A DNA stretch of 64,000 nt from NCBI GenBank assembly GCA_002441005.1, contig DJWO01000001.1, forward strand, positions 64,155 through 128,154, given 5' to 3'. Origin of the DNA: Candidatus Aminicenantes bacterium UBA6228 (GTDB taxonomy: Bacteria; Acidobacteriota; Aminicenantia; Aminicenantales; Saccharicenantaceae). This document shows, piece by piece, positions 1 to 9,669 of the stretch. Position numbers and translations under genes: made by a program. The notes below the pieces were generated by a model. That model was not told the DNA's origin and ran no database searches. It was given only the letters and a program-made list of their open reading frames with translations. How positions within the stretch are numbered: the stretch's first letter is position 1; each line of letters opens with the position of its first letter.

Positions 1-14
1 TTGAGGCGGAAAAC

Positions 15-980
15 ATGAAACCAAAAGTCCTTCTAACTCATCCCCTGTTAAAGGAAGCCATGGATTATTTAGCTCGACAGACAGAACTCGAACTGGCCAC
101 CAGCGGAGACTTTCTTCCCCCGGCTGAGCTGGCCGAAAAAATTCAAGATAAAGAAGGCCTGCTTTGTTTTTTGTCTGACCTGGTTGACCGGGAATTATTA
201 GAAAAGGCTCCCGCCTTGCGAGCTATTTCCAATTGTGCCGTCGGGGTTAATAATATTGACCTTAAGTCAGCCAGAAGCCGTGGAATTATTGTCACCAATA
301 CTCCGGATATTCTGACCGAGCCCACGGCTGACCTGACTCTGGCTCTTATTCTGGCCACCACCAGGCGATTAATAGAAGCTGATGACTTTTGCCGCCAGAG
401 CCAGTTTAAAGGCTGGAGAATTGACCTGTTTCTCGGGCAGGGACTACAGGGAAAAACTCTGGGTATCATTGGCCTGGGTCAAATCGGTCAGGCGGTGGCC
501 CGGAGAGCTCAGGCTTTCGGTTTGAAAATAATCTATTATAACCGCCAGCGGCTAAGCCCCGAAAAGGAATCGGCTTTAAAGGCTGAATATCGTGAACTTA
601 ATTCACTCCTGATAGAAGCCGACATTGTCTCCATTCATGCCTCGCTCAATCCCGACTCAGATCATTTAATCTCGAGTGAGAAGCTATCACTTATGAAACA
701 ATCGGCTGTCCTGATCAATGTGGCCCGGGGGGCCATAGTTGATGAGAAAGCTCTGACAGAAGCTTTAAAAAATGGCCGGCTGTGGGCAGCCGGGTTCGAT
801 GTCTATGAGCATGAGCCCCGGATTGAGCCAGAATTGTTTTCGCTAAAAAATGCGGTCGTCCTGCCTCATATCGGCAGTGCCACCTATGAAACCAGGCTGA
901 AGATGAGCTTGATGGCTGTTAATAATCTGCTGGAAGCTCTGGCCGGGAAGAGGCCGGCTAATGAGGTAAAGGATAGCTGA
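15..980 (+). CDS. D-isomer-specific 2-hydroxyacid dehydrogenase (glyoxylate/hydroxypyruvate reductase-like)
   Basis: 321 aa. Rossmann NAD-binding motif GLGQIGQAVARRA. Conserved catalytic region NVARGAIVDE...PHIGSAT typical of the D-2-hydroxyacid dehydrogenase family. Confidence 0.85.
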   Translation: MKPKVLLTHPLLKEAMDYLARQTELELATSGDFLPPAELAEKIQDKEGLLCFLSDLVDRELLEKAPALRAISNCAVGVNNIDLKSARSRGIIVTNTPDILTEPTADLTLALILATTRRLIEADDFCRQSQFKGWRIDLFLGQGLQGKTLGIIGLGQIGQAVARRAQAFGLKIIYYNRQRLSPEKESALKAEYRELNSLLIEADIVSIHASLNPDSDHLISSEKLSLMKQSAVLINVARGAIVDEKALTEALKNGRLWAAGFDVYEHEPRIEPELFSLKNAVVLPHIGSATYETRLKMSLMAVNNLLEALAGKRPANEVKDS

Positions 981-1014
981 TACAAAGATACTGGTGTCTC
1001 TTATTGGCCCCTTA

Positions 1015-1896
1015 TTATTTCACTGCCGGTGGGTTAAGGCTGCCTGTCCGGTAGCCTTCCAGATCAAGGACGACATACCGGTAGCCAAGCTTTTTTAAAG
1101 AAGACACGGCCCTGGTTCTGATCTCTGGCTTTAACCAGCGGGAGAAGTCCTCCAGGTTGATCTCGATTCTGGCTATTTCCCCATGATGCCTCAATCTTAC
1201 CTGGCTAAAGCCCAATGAAATCAGGGCTCTCTCTCCCCTTTCTATTTTGCTCAGAAGCTTCCGGTCAAGCGGCTGGCCATAGGGAATTCTGGAAGCTAAA
1301 CAGGCGGCTTCCGGCTTATTCCAGTTGGGTAAACCAAGATATTTGGCCAGTTGTCTGATGTCTTTTTTTCTGAAACCGGCTTCCACCAGAGGTGACCTGA
1401 TTCCAAGTTCTTTAATGGCCTTTTCACCCGGACGAAAATCCTTAGTGTCATCAAGGTTGGAGCCTTCCACAATTTGATTCAGACCTTTGTTCTTAGCTAT
1501 TTGTTTAAGACCGGAGAAAAGAAATAATTTACAATAATAGCAGCGCTGGTTAGAATTTTTAGCCACGGCTGGAAGCTCCAGGCTGTTAGCTTTGACGATC
1601 ATCAAATTGACCTGGAGGCTTTTAGCCAGTTTTTGAACCGCCCGCATTTCCTGCCGGCTAAAGAGGGGTGTATCAACCGTGACTGCCAGAACCTGGTCTT
1701 TAAGAACGTCAGCTGCCACCCGAAGAAGCAGGCTGCTATCCACCCCGCCGGAAAAAGCGACCAGAACACTGCCGGCTGCTTTCAACTCGTTTTTTAATCT
1801 TTCGTACTTTCGGACCAGGCTCTGGTTTAGCCGCCGGCCCGTTCTGTTCTCCGGCCTGTTTTTTCCCCGCTGGGGACTGCCGCCTGTTCGCATCAC
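1015..1896 (-). CDS. PP-loop superfamily ATPase, LarE/TIGR00268 (COG1606) family
   Basis: 293 aa. PP-loop SGGVDSS near N-terminus (VLVAFSGGVDSSLLL). Conserved Cys in ACLASRIPYG resembling the LarE sacrificial-sulfur region. 24 nt downstream of ispG on the same strand. Confidence 0.6.
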   Translation of the reverse strand: MMRTGGSPQRGKNRPENRTGRRLNQSLVRKYERLKNELKAAGSVLVAFSGGVDSSLLLRVAADVLKDQVLAVTVDTPLFSRQEMRAVQKLAKSLQVNLMIVKANSLELPAVAKNSNQRCYYCKLFLFSGLKQIAKNKGLNQIVEGSNLDDTKDFRPGEKAIKELGIRSPLVEAGFRKKDIRQLAKYLGLPNWNKPEAACLASRIPYGQPLDRKLLSKIERGERALISLGFSQVRLRHHGEIARIEINLEDFSRWLKPEIRTRAVSSLKKLGYRYVVLDLEGYRTGSLNPPAVK

Positions 1897-1920
1897 GATT
1901 CTCTTTTTTATGGTTTTTTA

Positions 1921-3009
1921 TTACCTGCTATTTTTTTCTTCAGCAGCCAGACTGAAGACTTCTTTGACCAGCTCTTCCACGATTTTGTCCGCTGGCACTT
2001 TCTTAACGGCCTTTCCCTTTTTAAAAATTAGGCCTGTCCCCTTCCCGCCAGCTACGCCGATATCAGCCTCCTTAGCTTCTCCCGGGCCATTGACCGGACA
2101 GCCCATCACCGCCACCGTCAGATTAGCCTTGACGGCTGAAATTCTTTTCTCCACCTGACTGGCCAGCTTTTCTATATCTATCTGGCTCCGGCCGCAGCCC
2201 GGGCAGGAAATAAAGTTTATTCCTGACTTTTTTAAGCCCAGATCCTGGAGGATCAGGTTGGCCACTTCCACTTCTCTTTCAGGCGGAGCAGTTAGTGAGA
2301 CTCTAATCGTATCGGCCAGTCCTTCTCTGATCAGCAGGCTCAGACCAGCGGCCGACTTAAGGCTGCCCCGGAATAAAGTCCCGGCTTCAGTGATTCCGGC
2401 GTGAAAAGGATAATCCACCTTGTTGGCCAGGAGCCGGTAAGCTTCGAGGGTTCTTTCGATATCAGAAGCTTTAAGCGAAATCTTAATATCATAAAAGCCC
2501 AGATCTTCGAGGAGCTTGATTTCTCTCTGAGCACTTTCGACCATAGCTTCTGGAGTAACCTCTCCGTATTTAGACCTTAAGTCCTTTTCCAGTGAACCTG
2601 AATTAATACCAATTCTAATCGGAATTTTTCTCTCTTCAGCCAGAGTCACCACCTCTTTTAGCCTGCTTTTTGAACCGAAAGTTCCCGGATTAATCCTCAG
2701 GCCATCCACTCCAGCCTCTATCGAGGTTATAGCCAGACGCGGGTCAAAATGAATATCGGCCACCACCGGCAGATTGACTTTTTTCTTGATTTCCCTGAGA
2801 GCCAAGGCATCAGCCATCTCAGGCACGGCCAGCCGGACAAGCTGGCAGCCGGCTTTCTCCAGCCTGTTAATCTGCCTGACCGTCGCCTCGACCTGAGCTG
2901 TTCTGGTCTTGGTCATTGACTGGACAACGATTGGGGCTCCCCCGCCGATTTCCACCTGTCCAATCCTGATCACTCTTGTCCGTCGCCGGGGAAAAAGAAG
3001 TTCGCTCAT
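1921..3009 (-). CDS. ispG: 4-hydroxy-3-methylbut-2-en-1-yl diphosphate synthase (flavodoxin)
   Basis: 362 aa. TIM-barrel N-domain (VQSMTKT, VNLPVVADIHF). C-terminal 4Fe-4S region with CPGCGR...C motif. Confidence 0.9.
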   Translation of the reverse strand: MSELLFPRRRTRVIRIGQVEIGGGAPIVVQSMTKTRTAQVEATVRQINRLEKAGCQLVRLAVPEMADALALREIKKKVNLPVVADIHFDPRLAITSIEAGVDGLRINPGTFGSKSRLKEVVTLAEERKIPIRIGINSGSLEKDLRSKYGEVTPEAMVESAQREIKLLEDLGFYDIKISLKASDIERTLEAYRLLANKVDYPFHAGITEAGTLFRGSLKSAAGLSLLIREGLADTIRVSLTAPPEREVEVANLILQDLGLKKSGINFISCPGCGRSQIDIEKLASQVEKRISAVKANLTVAVMGCPVNGPGEAKEADIGVAGGKGTGLIFKKGKAVKKVPADKIVEELVKEVFSLAAEEKNSR

Positions 3010-3023
3010 TTTTCCAGTTAATC

Positions 3024-4394
3024 CTAATGATTAAAAAGATGACCCAGGCTGTCACCCAATTTTTTAAAAATATCACCCAAGCTTTTCCAACCATCCGGCA
3101 TGGTCTTAATTAAATCATTTAATATGACAAAAGCCATGATAAAGATCACCAGCAAGAAACCGATCTGCAGCCAGATTTCTCTCATCCTGGGGCTTAGATC
3201 CCTTCTAATAATAGCTTCAATCAGCAACACAAAAATCTGGCCACCGTCAAAAACCGGAATGGGCAGCAGGTTCAAAATCCCGAGTTGCAAGCTGATGATG
3301 GCGATCCAGGCCAGCAGTTGCAGCAGCCCCATTTTCATGGCTGCATAAGAAAATTTGGCAATTTCGAGTGGACCACCCAGCTGTTTGGCCGAAGCCCGGC
3401 CGGTGAACAGGTCTTTAAGAAAATTCATAACCAGGAAAGTGTTTTTAGCATTATCATTCAGACTGCGGGCAATAGCCGGGAAAAAAGAGTACTTCTCAGT
3501 AACCGATTTGGCCCCCTGCATAACGCCAATTTTTCCCACCTTGCCTTCTTTTCTGGGAGTAACAGTCAAATCCAGTGTCTGTCCCTGACGATCAACAGTT
3601 ACCTTGACCGGCACGTCAGGACTTTTTTCTATTTTCTCCACAAAATTATAGAAAAAGACCGGCTGGTCGTTGATGGCCAGAATGACGTCTCCTGGTTTAA
3701 CCCCGGCTTTTTCCGCCGGCGAACCGGGAGTAACCATCATGACCTGGGTAAGAATTTTCGCCCGGAAGCCGGCGTAGCCCATGTCATACTTGGTAATTTT
3801 ATCAGTCTTGAGTGGAACATTTAGAATTTCGCCAGACCTTTTAACCTCCAGGGTTAAAACCTGGTCAGGTTTCGAGCCAATGGTTATTTCGACATCATTC
3901 CAGGTTTTTACCTGACGGCCATTGATTTTAAGAATTTCATCATCAATCAGCAGCCCCGCTTTTTCAGCCGGTGAACCAGGATCAATATAGCCGATGACCG
4001 GTGGCTGTTCCTGATATTCAGGCACAGTCACTCCGGCCATATTGATAATGGCCACCAGGACGATGGCCAGAATGATATTCATGATTGAACCCATGACCAG
4101 GATCAAAAACCGCTGAAACCGGTTTTTAGCCATAAAATCATCCGGGGCTAACTCCCGGTTCTTATCGAACATACCTTCACCCAGCAGTTTCACATAACCG
4201 CCGAGTGGAATGAGGCAAACCCGGTAATCAGTCTCCCCTTTTTTAAAACCAAACAGGCGCTGGCCAAAGCCTAAGGAAAAGACTTCGACTCTAACCCCAA
4301 CCAGCTTGGCCGTAAAAAAATGTCCGAATTCATGAATAAACACCAGCACGCCGAAAACAATGATAAAGGCAACTATGGTGCCGACAATGGTCAT
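3024..4394 (-). CDS. rseP: RIP metalloprotease RseP (site-2 protease, M50 family) with PDZ domains
   Basis: 456 aa. HEFGHF zinc motif in first TM helix. Two PDZ-like segments (GSPAEKAG repeated). C-terminal LDG-type motif region. Multiple TM helices. Confidence 0.85.
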   Translation of the reverse strand: MTIVGTIVAFIIVFGVLVFIHEFGHFFTAKLVGVRVEVFSLGFGQRLFGFKKGETDYRVCLIPLGGYVKLLGEGMFDKNRELAPDDFMAKNRFQRFLILVMGSIMNIILAIVLVAIINMAGVTVPEYQEQPPVIGYIDPGSPAEKAGLLIDDEILKINGRQVKTWNDVEITIGSKPDQVLTLEVKRSGEILNVPLKTDKITKYDMGYAGFRAKILTQVMMVTPGSPAEKAGVKPGDVILAINDQPVFFYNFVEKIEKSPDVPVKVTVDRQGQTLDLTVTPRKEGKVGKIGVMQGAKSVTEKYSFFPAIARSLNDNAKNTFLVMNFLKDLFTGRASAKQLGGPLEIAKFSYAAMKMGLLQLLAWIAIISLQLGILNLLPIPVFDGGQIFVLLIEAIIRRDLSPRMREIWLQIGFLLVIFIMAFVILNDLIKTMPDGWKSLGDIFKKLGDSLGHLFNH

Positions 4395-4396
4395 TT

Positions 4397-5584
4397 CTAC
4401 TTTCCCTTCATATTGACTAACTGATTTAGATATTGATTAGCCATAATTCTTGTCTTCCGGTCTATTTCAAAAATGTCTTCAATTGAACCGATCCCGCCCG
4501 GCTGAGGCTGCCGGTAGCAATGCTCAACTATTAAATTTATCTGGCCGAACTTAATTTTGCCATTCAGAAAAGCGGTTACTGCCACTTCGTTGGCGGCATT
4601 CAGCCTCACCGGATAACTCAGGTCAGCTAGCAGGGCTTTTCTGGCCAGGAAAAAGAGTGGATATCTCTCTTCCTCCTCCACCGGATAAAATTCCAGACCG
4701 GTCAGGCTGGCCAGATCCAGAGGTGGCAGGCAGGATTCCAGCCGCTCGGGATAACTCAAAGCATACTGGATCGGGATTCTCATGTCTGTCTGGCTCAATT
4801 GAGCCAGAATTGAACCATCCTGAAACTCAACCAGGGCATGAACAAGGCTCTGAGGGTGAATCAGTACCTGCAACTGGTCCGGCTGCAAATTAAATAACCA
4901 TTTAGCTTCAATTAGCTCCAGGCCTTTATTCATCAGAGTGGCTGAATCAATGGTTACCTTTTTCCCCATGCTCCAGCGTGGATGTTTTAAAGCTTCCTCT
5001 ACCTGACGGTCAGCCAGATCACTTAAAGGCAACCGGAAAAAGGGGCCGCCTGAAGCTGTTAAATAAACCCTTTTCAGATATTTTTTTCTCTGTCCCTGAA
5101 GACACTGGAAAATAGCCGAATGTTCGCTGTCAACCGGAATAATCCTGGCCCCTGTCCTGGAAGCTATTTTCTTTAAAAATGGGCCAGCCACCACCATTGA
5201 TTCTTTATTGGCCAGAGCTATATCTTTTCCAGCCTCGAGAGCTGCCAGGGTTGGCTTCAGCCCGGCAATGCCGGTGATAGCTGAGACAACCAGGTCAGCC
5301 TGGAGATCGGTGACCAGGTCAATCAAGCCAGTCTCGCCGGCTAAAATTTTTGTCCCGGTCCGGTGAAACTTTTTCTGGAGGCGAAGCGAATCAGCCGGTC
5401 TTTTAACCACCGCCGCCTGGGGCCTGAATTCCTCAATCTGTTCCGACAGAAGCTTGATGTTCTGGCCCCCGGCTAAGCCGGCAACTTCGAATTTGCCGGG
5501 ATAGTGGCGAATGACATCGAGGGTGCTGCTGCCAATTGAACCGGTGCTCCCGAGAATAATGACTTTTTTTCTGGTTTTATTCAT
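4397..5584 (-). CDS. dxr: 1-deoxy-D-xylulose 5-phosphate reductoisomerase
   Basis: 395 aa. N-terminal NADPH motif ILGSTGSIGSSTLDV. Conserved LANKESMV and SEHSAIFQCL catalytic segments. Confidence 0.9.
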   Translation of the reverse strand: MNKTRKKVIILGSTGSIGSSTLDVIRHYPGKFEVAGLAGGQNIKLLSEQIEEFRPQAAVVKRPADSLRLQKKFHRTGTKILAGETGLIDLVTDLQADLVVSAITGIAGLKPTLAALEAGKDIALANKESMVVAGPFLKKIASRTGARIIPVDSEHSAIFQCLQGQRKKYLKRVYLTASGGPFFRLPLSDLADRQVEEALKHPRWSMGKKVTIDSATLMNKGLELIEAKWLFNLQPDQLQVLIHPQSLVHALVEFQDGSILAQLSQTDMRIPIQYALSYPERLESCLPPLDLASLTGLEFYPVEEEERYPLFFLARKALLADLSYPVRLNAANEVAVTAFLNGKIKFGQINLIVEHCYRQPQPGGIGSIEDIFEIDRKTRIMANQYLNQLVNMKGK

Positions 5585-5610
5585 CTTCAGTTTTTGATTC
5601 AGATTTTCTT

Positions 5611-6420
5611 TTATTTAATGATCAGAAGCTTCATCAGATAATAAAAAAGCGGGCAGGCCAGAGTAAAACTATCAATCCTGTCCAGGATGCCGCCATGCCC
5701 GGGAATAAGATTAGATGAATCCTTAACGCCAGCTGCTCTTTTAAAAAGCGATTCGAGCGGGTCAGCTACCTGGGCTCCAGCATGGACGACGGCGCTCAAA
5801 ACCAAAATCTCTAATAACGGGAACCCGGGCAGAAGAACTGTTCTGGCCAGCCAGCCGCCGGCTACCGCCCAGATAATCCCGCCGATCGCTCCCTCCCAGG
5901 TCTTATTCGGACTGGCAATCGGGGTCATTTTATGACGGCCAAACTTTTTCCCGATCAAAAAAGCCCCGGTATCTCCAAGGAAGATAACGGCAAACAGCAG
6001 ATAAAGCCAGAGTAACCCGAAATCTCTTCTGATCCAGTAAAAAAAGTTGATAGTCAGGCTGACATAGACCACGCCTGAAACGGTTATACTGAAAGAACCC
6101 GGAAATATAGCCAGCTTCTCCAGGCTATTGGTATCAACCACAAAATAGATAAAGGCAATGATGGTAATCAGAGAGAAACCCAGCAAAAAAGGGAACTGAT
6201 CAAAATAAAAAGTGGCTCCAATGATTAAGGCAAACAGGCAACCCAGCAATTTTTTGGGATAAAATTTACGCCGGTTGCTCAGGTTATAGAACTCCAGCAA
6301 CCCGCCAATAATAATCGCCTGAATCAACAGGAAAAATATCCAGGCTGGAGTAAACTGGATAATTAAAAATAAGCCTACAATCAGGATTAAAGCTGATTTT
6401 GTTCTTTGAGCTAAACTCAT
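5611..6420 (-). CDS. cdsA: Phosphatidate cytidylyltransferase
   Basis: 269 aa polytopic membrane protein. C-terminal CTP_transf_1 signature region (KRAAGVKDSSNLIPGHGGILDRIDS). Confidence 0.8.
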   Translation of the reverse strand: MSLAQRTKSALILIVGLFLIIQFTPAWIFFLLIQAIIIGGLLEFYNLSNRRKFYPKKLLGCLFALIIGATFYFDQFPFLLGFSLITIIAFIYFVVDTNSLEKLAIFPGSFSITVSGVVYVSLTINFFYWIRRDFGLLWLYLLFAVIFLGDTGAFLIGKKFGRHKMTPIASPNKTWEGAIGGIIWAVAGGWLARTVLLPGFPLLEILVLSAVVHAGAQVADPLESLFKRAAGVKDSSNLIPGHGGILDRIDSFTLACPLFYYLMKLLIIK

Positions 6421-6425
6421 CTCAA

Positions 6426-7235
6426 TTAATCTTCTTTCTGGCTGACGCCCCCGAATCTTCTTTCCCTTTTCTGGTAATCAACAATGGCTTGCAGGAGGTC
6501 TTTTTTCCGGAAATCAGGCCAGAGAACAGGGGTAATCCAGAATTCAGTGTAGGCGCACTGCCAGAGTAGAAAATTCGATAGTCTCATCTCGCCGCTGGTC
6601 CTGATCAGCAGATCAGGATCAGGCAAATTAGCTGTATCCAAGAAGAGCGAAAAGGTCTTTTCATCCAACTGATCAGGCTGGACAGGCTTTTTCAACAGCT
6701 GTTGACAGGCCTTTAGGATTTCCTGCCGGCCGCCATAATTCAGGGCCAGAATGAGAGACATCCGGCTATTGTTTCGGGTCATTTTTTCCAGCCGGTTAAG
6801 TTCATGACGGACAAAAAAAGGGATACCTTTTCTCTCTCCTATAACCTGTAATCTTAAATCATTGTCAATCAGGGTTTTTTCGGCCTGTTTGAGGTTTTCG
6901 GCCAGTAATTCCCAGAGAGTTTTGACCTCATCTGGCGGTCTTTTCCAGTTTTCCTGAGAAAAGGCATAAAGAGTAAGGTGTTTTATTCCCAGGCGGGTAG
7001 AAGCCTCGATCGTTTCCTGAACTGATTCCTTAGCTGCCCGGTGGCCTTCGGTCCGCGGTAAATTCCTTTTCTGAGCCCAGCGGCCATTGCCGTCCATAAT
7101 GATGGCAATATGAACAGGCAGGCGGGAAAAATCTATCTGGCCAACCAGTTCCTCCTCAGGACTGCCTGGCCGGATGTAGTCTTTAAGATTATCAGGCATG
7201 CCAAACATTATAAGTAGCCTTAAGAAATTTGTCAA
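6426..7235 (-). CDS. uppS: Isoprenyl transferase (di-trans,poly-cis-undecaprenyl-diphosphate synthase)
   Basis: 269 aa. HIAIIMDGNGRWA substrate-binding motif. LTLYAFSQENWKRP and RTSGEMRLSNFLLWQ motifs of cis-prenyltransferases. Confidence 0.9.
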   Translation of the reverse strand: MTNFLRLLIMFGMPDNLKDYIRPGSPEEELVGQIDFSRLPVHIAIIMDGNGRWAQKRNLPRTEGHRAAKESVQETIEASTRLGIKHLTLYAFSQENWKRPPDEVKTLWELLAENLKQAEKTLIDNDLRLQVIGERKGIPFFVRHELNRLEKMTRNNSRMSLILALNYGGRQEILKACQQLLKKPVQPDQLDEKTFSLFLDTANLPDPDLLIRTSGEMRLSNFLLWQCAYTEFWITPVLWPDFRKKDLLQAIVDYQKRERRFGGVSQKED

Positions 7236-7295
7236 AAAAGCCGGTTTTATAGACAGGCTGCCGGGTCTATGCTAATATTTTTAAAAGAGGATGAT

Positions 7296-7517
7296 ATGTG
7301 CCTGGCAGTACCCGGAAAAGTAATCAGTTTAAATGATAACGGGACAGGTCAGGTTGACTATTTAGGCAGTCAGGTTCTGGCCAATTTTTCCCTCTTACCC
7401 GGCCTCAGAATTGGCGACTGGGTTATAGTTCATGCCGGTTTTGCTATCTCCAGGCTCGATCAAAAAGAAGCGCGCCGGACTCTCAAGCTCTTCCAGGAAC
7501 TGGAAAAGCAGTCTTAG
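7296..7517 (+). CDS. hypC: [NiFe]-hydrogenase maturation factor HypC
   Basis: Internal ATG at 7296 gives MCLAVPGKV... with the essential Cys2. RBS aagagga just upstream. The ORF-track start at 7269 is probably too long. Confidence 0.85.
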   Translation: MCLAVPGKVISLNDNGTGQVDYLGSQVLANFSLLPGLRIGDWVIVHAGFAISRLDQKEARRTLKLFQELEKQS

Positions 7518-7527
7518 GGTAGCAGCC

Positions 7528-8667
7528 ATGACCGGGTCAGTTTCTCACCGCACGCCCTTCTCTGATTGGAGAACAAGAGAAACCACTGAGCATTTACTTC
7601 GGGCCATTGAAGCCGAAACCAGGCACCTCCCCGCTGCTCTCAAGCTAATGGAAGTCTGTGGTACCCATACCATGGCCCTTCATCGCTCAGGCTTAAAGCC
7701 GCGGCTACGGGAAGCCGGGATTGAGCTGATTTCGGGCCCTGGCTGTCCAGTCTGCATTACACCTGATTATTATCATGAAGCAGTGATTGACCTCCTGACC
7801 ACCCGCAATGATATTATCGTTTGCACTTTTGGTGATCTGACCAGAGTCCCGACCAGGAAAGGCTCTTTACAAACTGTTGTCCCGCAGCCAGGCTCCAGGC
7901 TAAAAATAGTTTACTCGCCGGAAGAAGCCGTCCAGGAGGCCAGGAGCCAGCCTGACAAGCAGGTAATCTTTTTTGGCGCCGGCTTTGAAACCACCATTCC
8001 GGGCATCACTTTTACCGTCAAGACAGCCACCGAACTGAATTTAAAAAATTATTCACTCCTGACGGCTTTCTGGCTGATTCCACCGGCTCTAAAGGCCATT
8101 ATTGAATCGGGAGAGCTGGCCATTAACGGCTTTATCTACCCGGGGCACGTCAGTGTCATCATCGGCGAAAAACCCTATGCCTTTATCGCTGAAAAATATC
8201 ATCTGCCTGGAGCTATTTCCGGTTTTGAGCCGGCCGATATCCTTCTGGGCGTTCTATCAGTGGTCAGACAAATAAGAAGCGGGAAGCCGCTGGTCGCCAA
8301 TGAATATCAGAGAGTGGTCAAACCTCAAGGCAACCCCCAGGCCCTGGCTCTGATGGAGAAATATCTGAGCAAAACCCCTGCCGACTGGCGCGGACTGGGG
8401 ATAATTCCAGATAGCGGGCTGAAATTGAAACCAGACTACTCTGCTTTTGATGCCCTGAAAAAGTTTTCGCTCAAGCTGAAGCCAGGCCAGGCGGGAAAAA
8501 CAGCCTGCCGGTGCGGAGAGGTACTTAAAGGCCTGATTGATCCTGGCAACTGTCCCCTGTTTGGCCGGCAATGCCGACCCGACAGCCCCCAGGGGCCCTG
8601 CATGGTTTCCTATGAAGGAGCTTGCCTCATAGAATACAAATTTTCTGGAGCGAAAGATCATGACTAA
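7528..8667 (+). CDS. hypD: [NiFe]-hydrogenase maturation factor HypD
   Basis: Conserved HypD motifs CGTH, GPGCPVC, FETT, CRCG, CPLF. Start chosen at MTGSV (7528), after the hypC stop. The ORF-track 7432 start would overlap hypC. Confidence 0.85.
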   Translation: MTGSVSHRTPFSDWRTRETTEHLLRAIEAETRHLPAALKLMEVCGTHTMALHRSGLKPRLREAGIELISGPGCPVCITPDYYHEAVIDLLTTRNDIIVCTFGDLTRVPTRKGSLQTVVPQPGSRLKIVYSPEEAVQEARSQPDKQVIFFGAGFETTIPGITFTVKTATELNLKNYSLLTAFWLIPPALKAIIESGELAINGFIYPGHVSVIIGEKPYAFIAEKYHLPGAISGFEPADILLGVLSVVRQIRSGKPLVANEYQRVVKPQGNPQALALMEKYLSKTPADWRGLGIIPDSGLKLKPDYSAFDALKKFSLKLKPGQAGKTACRCGEVLKGLIDPGNCPLFGRQCRPDSPQGPCMVSYEGACLIEYKFSGAKDHD

Positions 8668-9646
8668 AATCAGCCTGGAGCTGGGTAGCGGCGGAAGATT
8701 AATGAGGGATTTCATCTCGGGAAAAGTCGTCCCGCTCTTCAAAAACCCGATCTTAAGTGAACTTCACGATGCCGCTCACCTACCCGGGGGCTTAGCCCTG
8801 ACCACTGATTCCTATACAGTTGATCCGCTGTTTTTCCCGGGTGGGGATATTGGCAGTCTCTGTATCAACGGGACGGTCAATGATCTGGTCGTTTCCGGAG
8901 CCAGGCCAGCCTACCTTACTCTGTCCCTGATCATAGAAGAAGGTTTTGAGCTCGAACAGCTGGAGAAAATACTTCAATCAATAAAAAGGACAGCCAGGAA
9001 AAATTCAGTAGAAATCGTAACCGGTGATACCAAAGTTGTTCCCCAGGGACAGGGAGGGAAAATCTATATCAACACCGCCGGGGTCGGGCGCCTGCTGGGC
9101 AGGCCGCAGCCCCGTAAGATTAAACCAGGTGATAAAATCCTCGTCACCGGAGAGATTGGAGAGCATGGGCTGGCCATTATGCTGAGCAGGAATAACTTTC
9201 CACTTGTTTCCGGGGTCAAGAGTGATTGTGCCCCGCTCCTTTTTCTTCTTCCCCTCTGGACGCAGGGCGCCCTGTGGATGAGAGATATCACCCGGGGCGG
9301 GCTGGCTACCGTCCTGGCTGAACTGGCTCAGACAATTTCTTATCCTCTGCTCGTAGAAGAAGACAAAATTCCCTATTCCACCCGGCTGCAGGGAGCAGTG
9401 GAAATTCTCGGAATTGATCCCCTCTACTTAGCCTGTGAAGGCCGGGCTTTAATAGTCGCCCCGGCCAGAAAAGCAGAATTGATTTTAAAAAGGCTAAGGT
9501 CTAATCCCCGGGGAAGAAAAGCTGCCATTATCGGCGAGGTTCAAACTAAAACCGGACAACCGGGTGAAACCCTGCTCAAAACTTCCACCGGCGGGTTGCG
9601 CCTGCTCGAGCCCCTCACCTCAGAATTGCTGCCGAGAATTTGCTAA
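8660..9646 (+). CDS. hypE: [NiFe]-hydrogenase maturation carbamoyl dehydratase HypE
   Basis: 328 aa. AIR-synthase-like fold signatures. C-terminal PRIC with the catalytic terminal Cys. 8-nt overlap (ATGA) with the hypD stop. Confidence 0.85.
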   Translation: MTKISLELGSGGRLMRDFISGKVVPLFKNPILSELHDAAHLPGGLALTTDSYTVDPLFFPGGDIGSLCINGTVNDLVVSGARPAYLTLSLIIEEGFELEQLEKILQSIKRTARKNSVEIVTGDTKVVPQGQGGKIYINTAGVGRLLGRPQPRKIKPGDKILVTGEIGEHGLAIMLSRNNFPLVSGVKSDCAPLLFLLPLWTQGALWMRDITRGGLATVLAELAQTISYPLLVEEDKIPYSTRLQGAVEILGIDPLYLACEGRALIVAPARKAELILKRLRSNPRGRKAAIIGEVQTKTGQPGETLLKTSTGGLRLLEPLTSELLPRIC

Positions 9647-9669
9647 AAACCAGAACCTGGCCAGGATAG

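Noticed and set aside
3285-3824. 179-aa ORF on the plus strand inside rseP
   Set aside because: It is antisense to a strongly supported M50 protease gene and has no motifs.
8257-8742. 161-aa ORF antisense to hypD/hypE junction
   Set aside because: It lies entirely within well-supported hyp coding sequence on the opposite strand. It has no motifs and an atypical composition (Ser/Leu/Arg-rich), so it is probably a shadow ORF.
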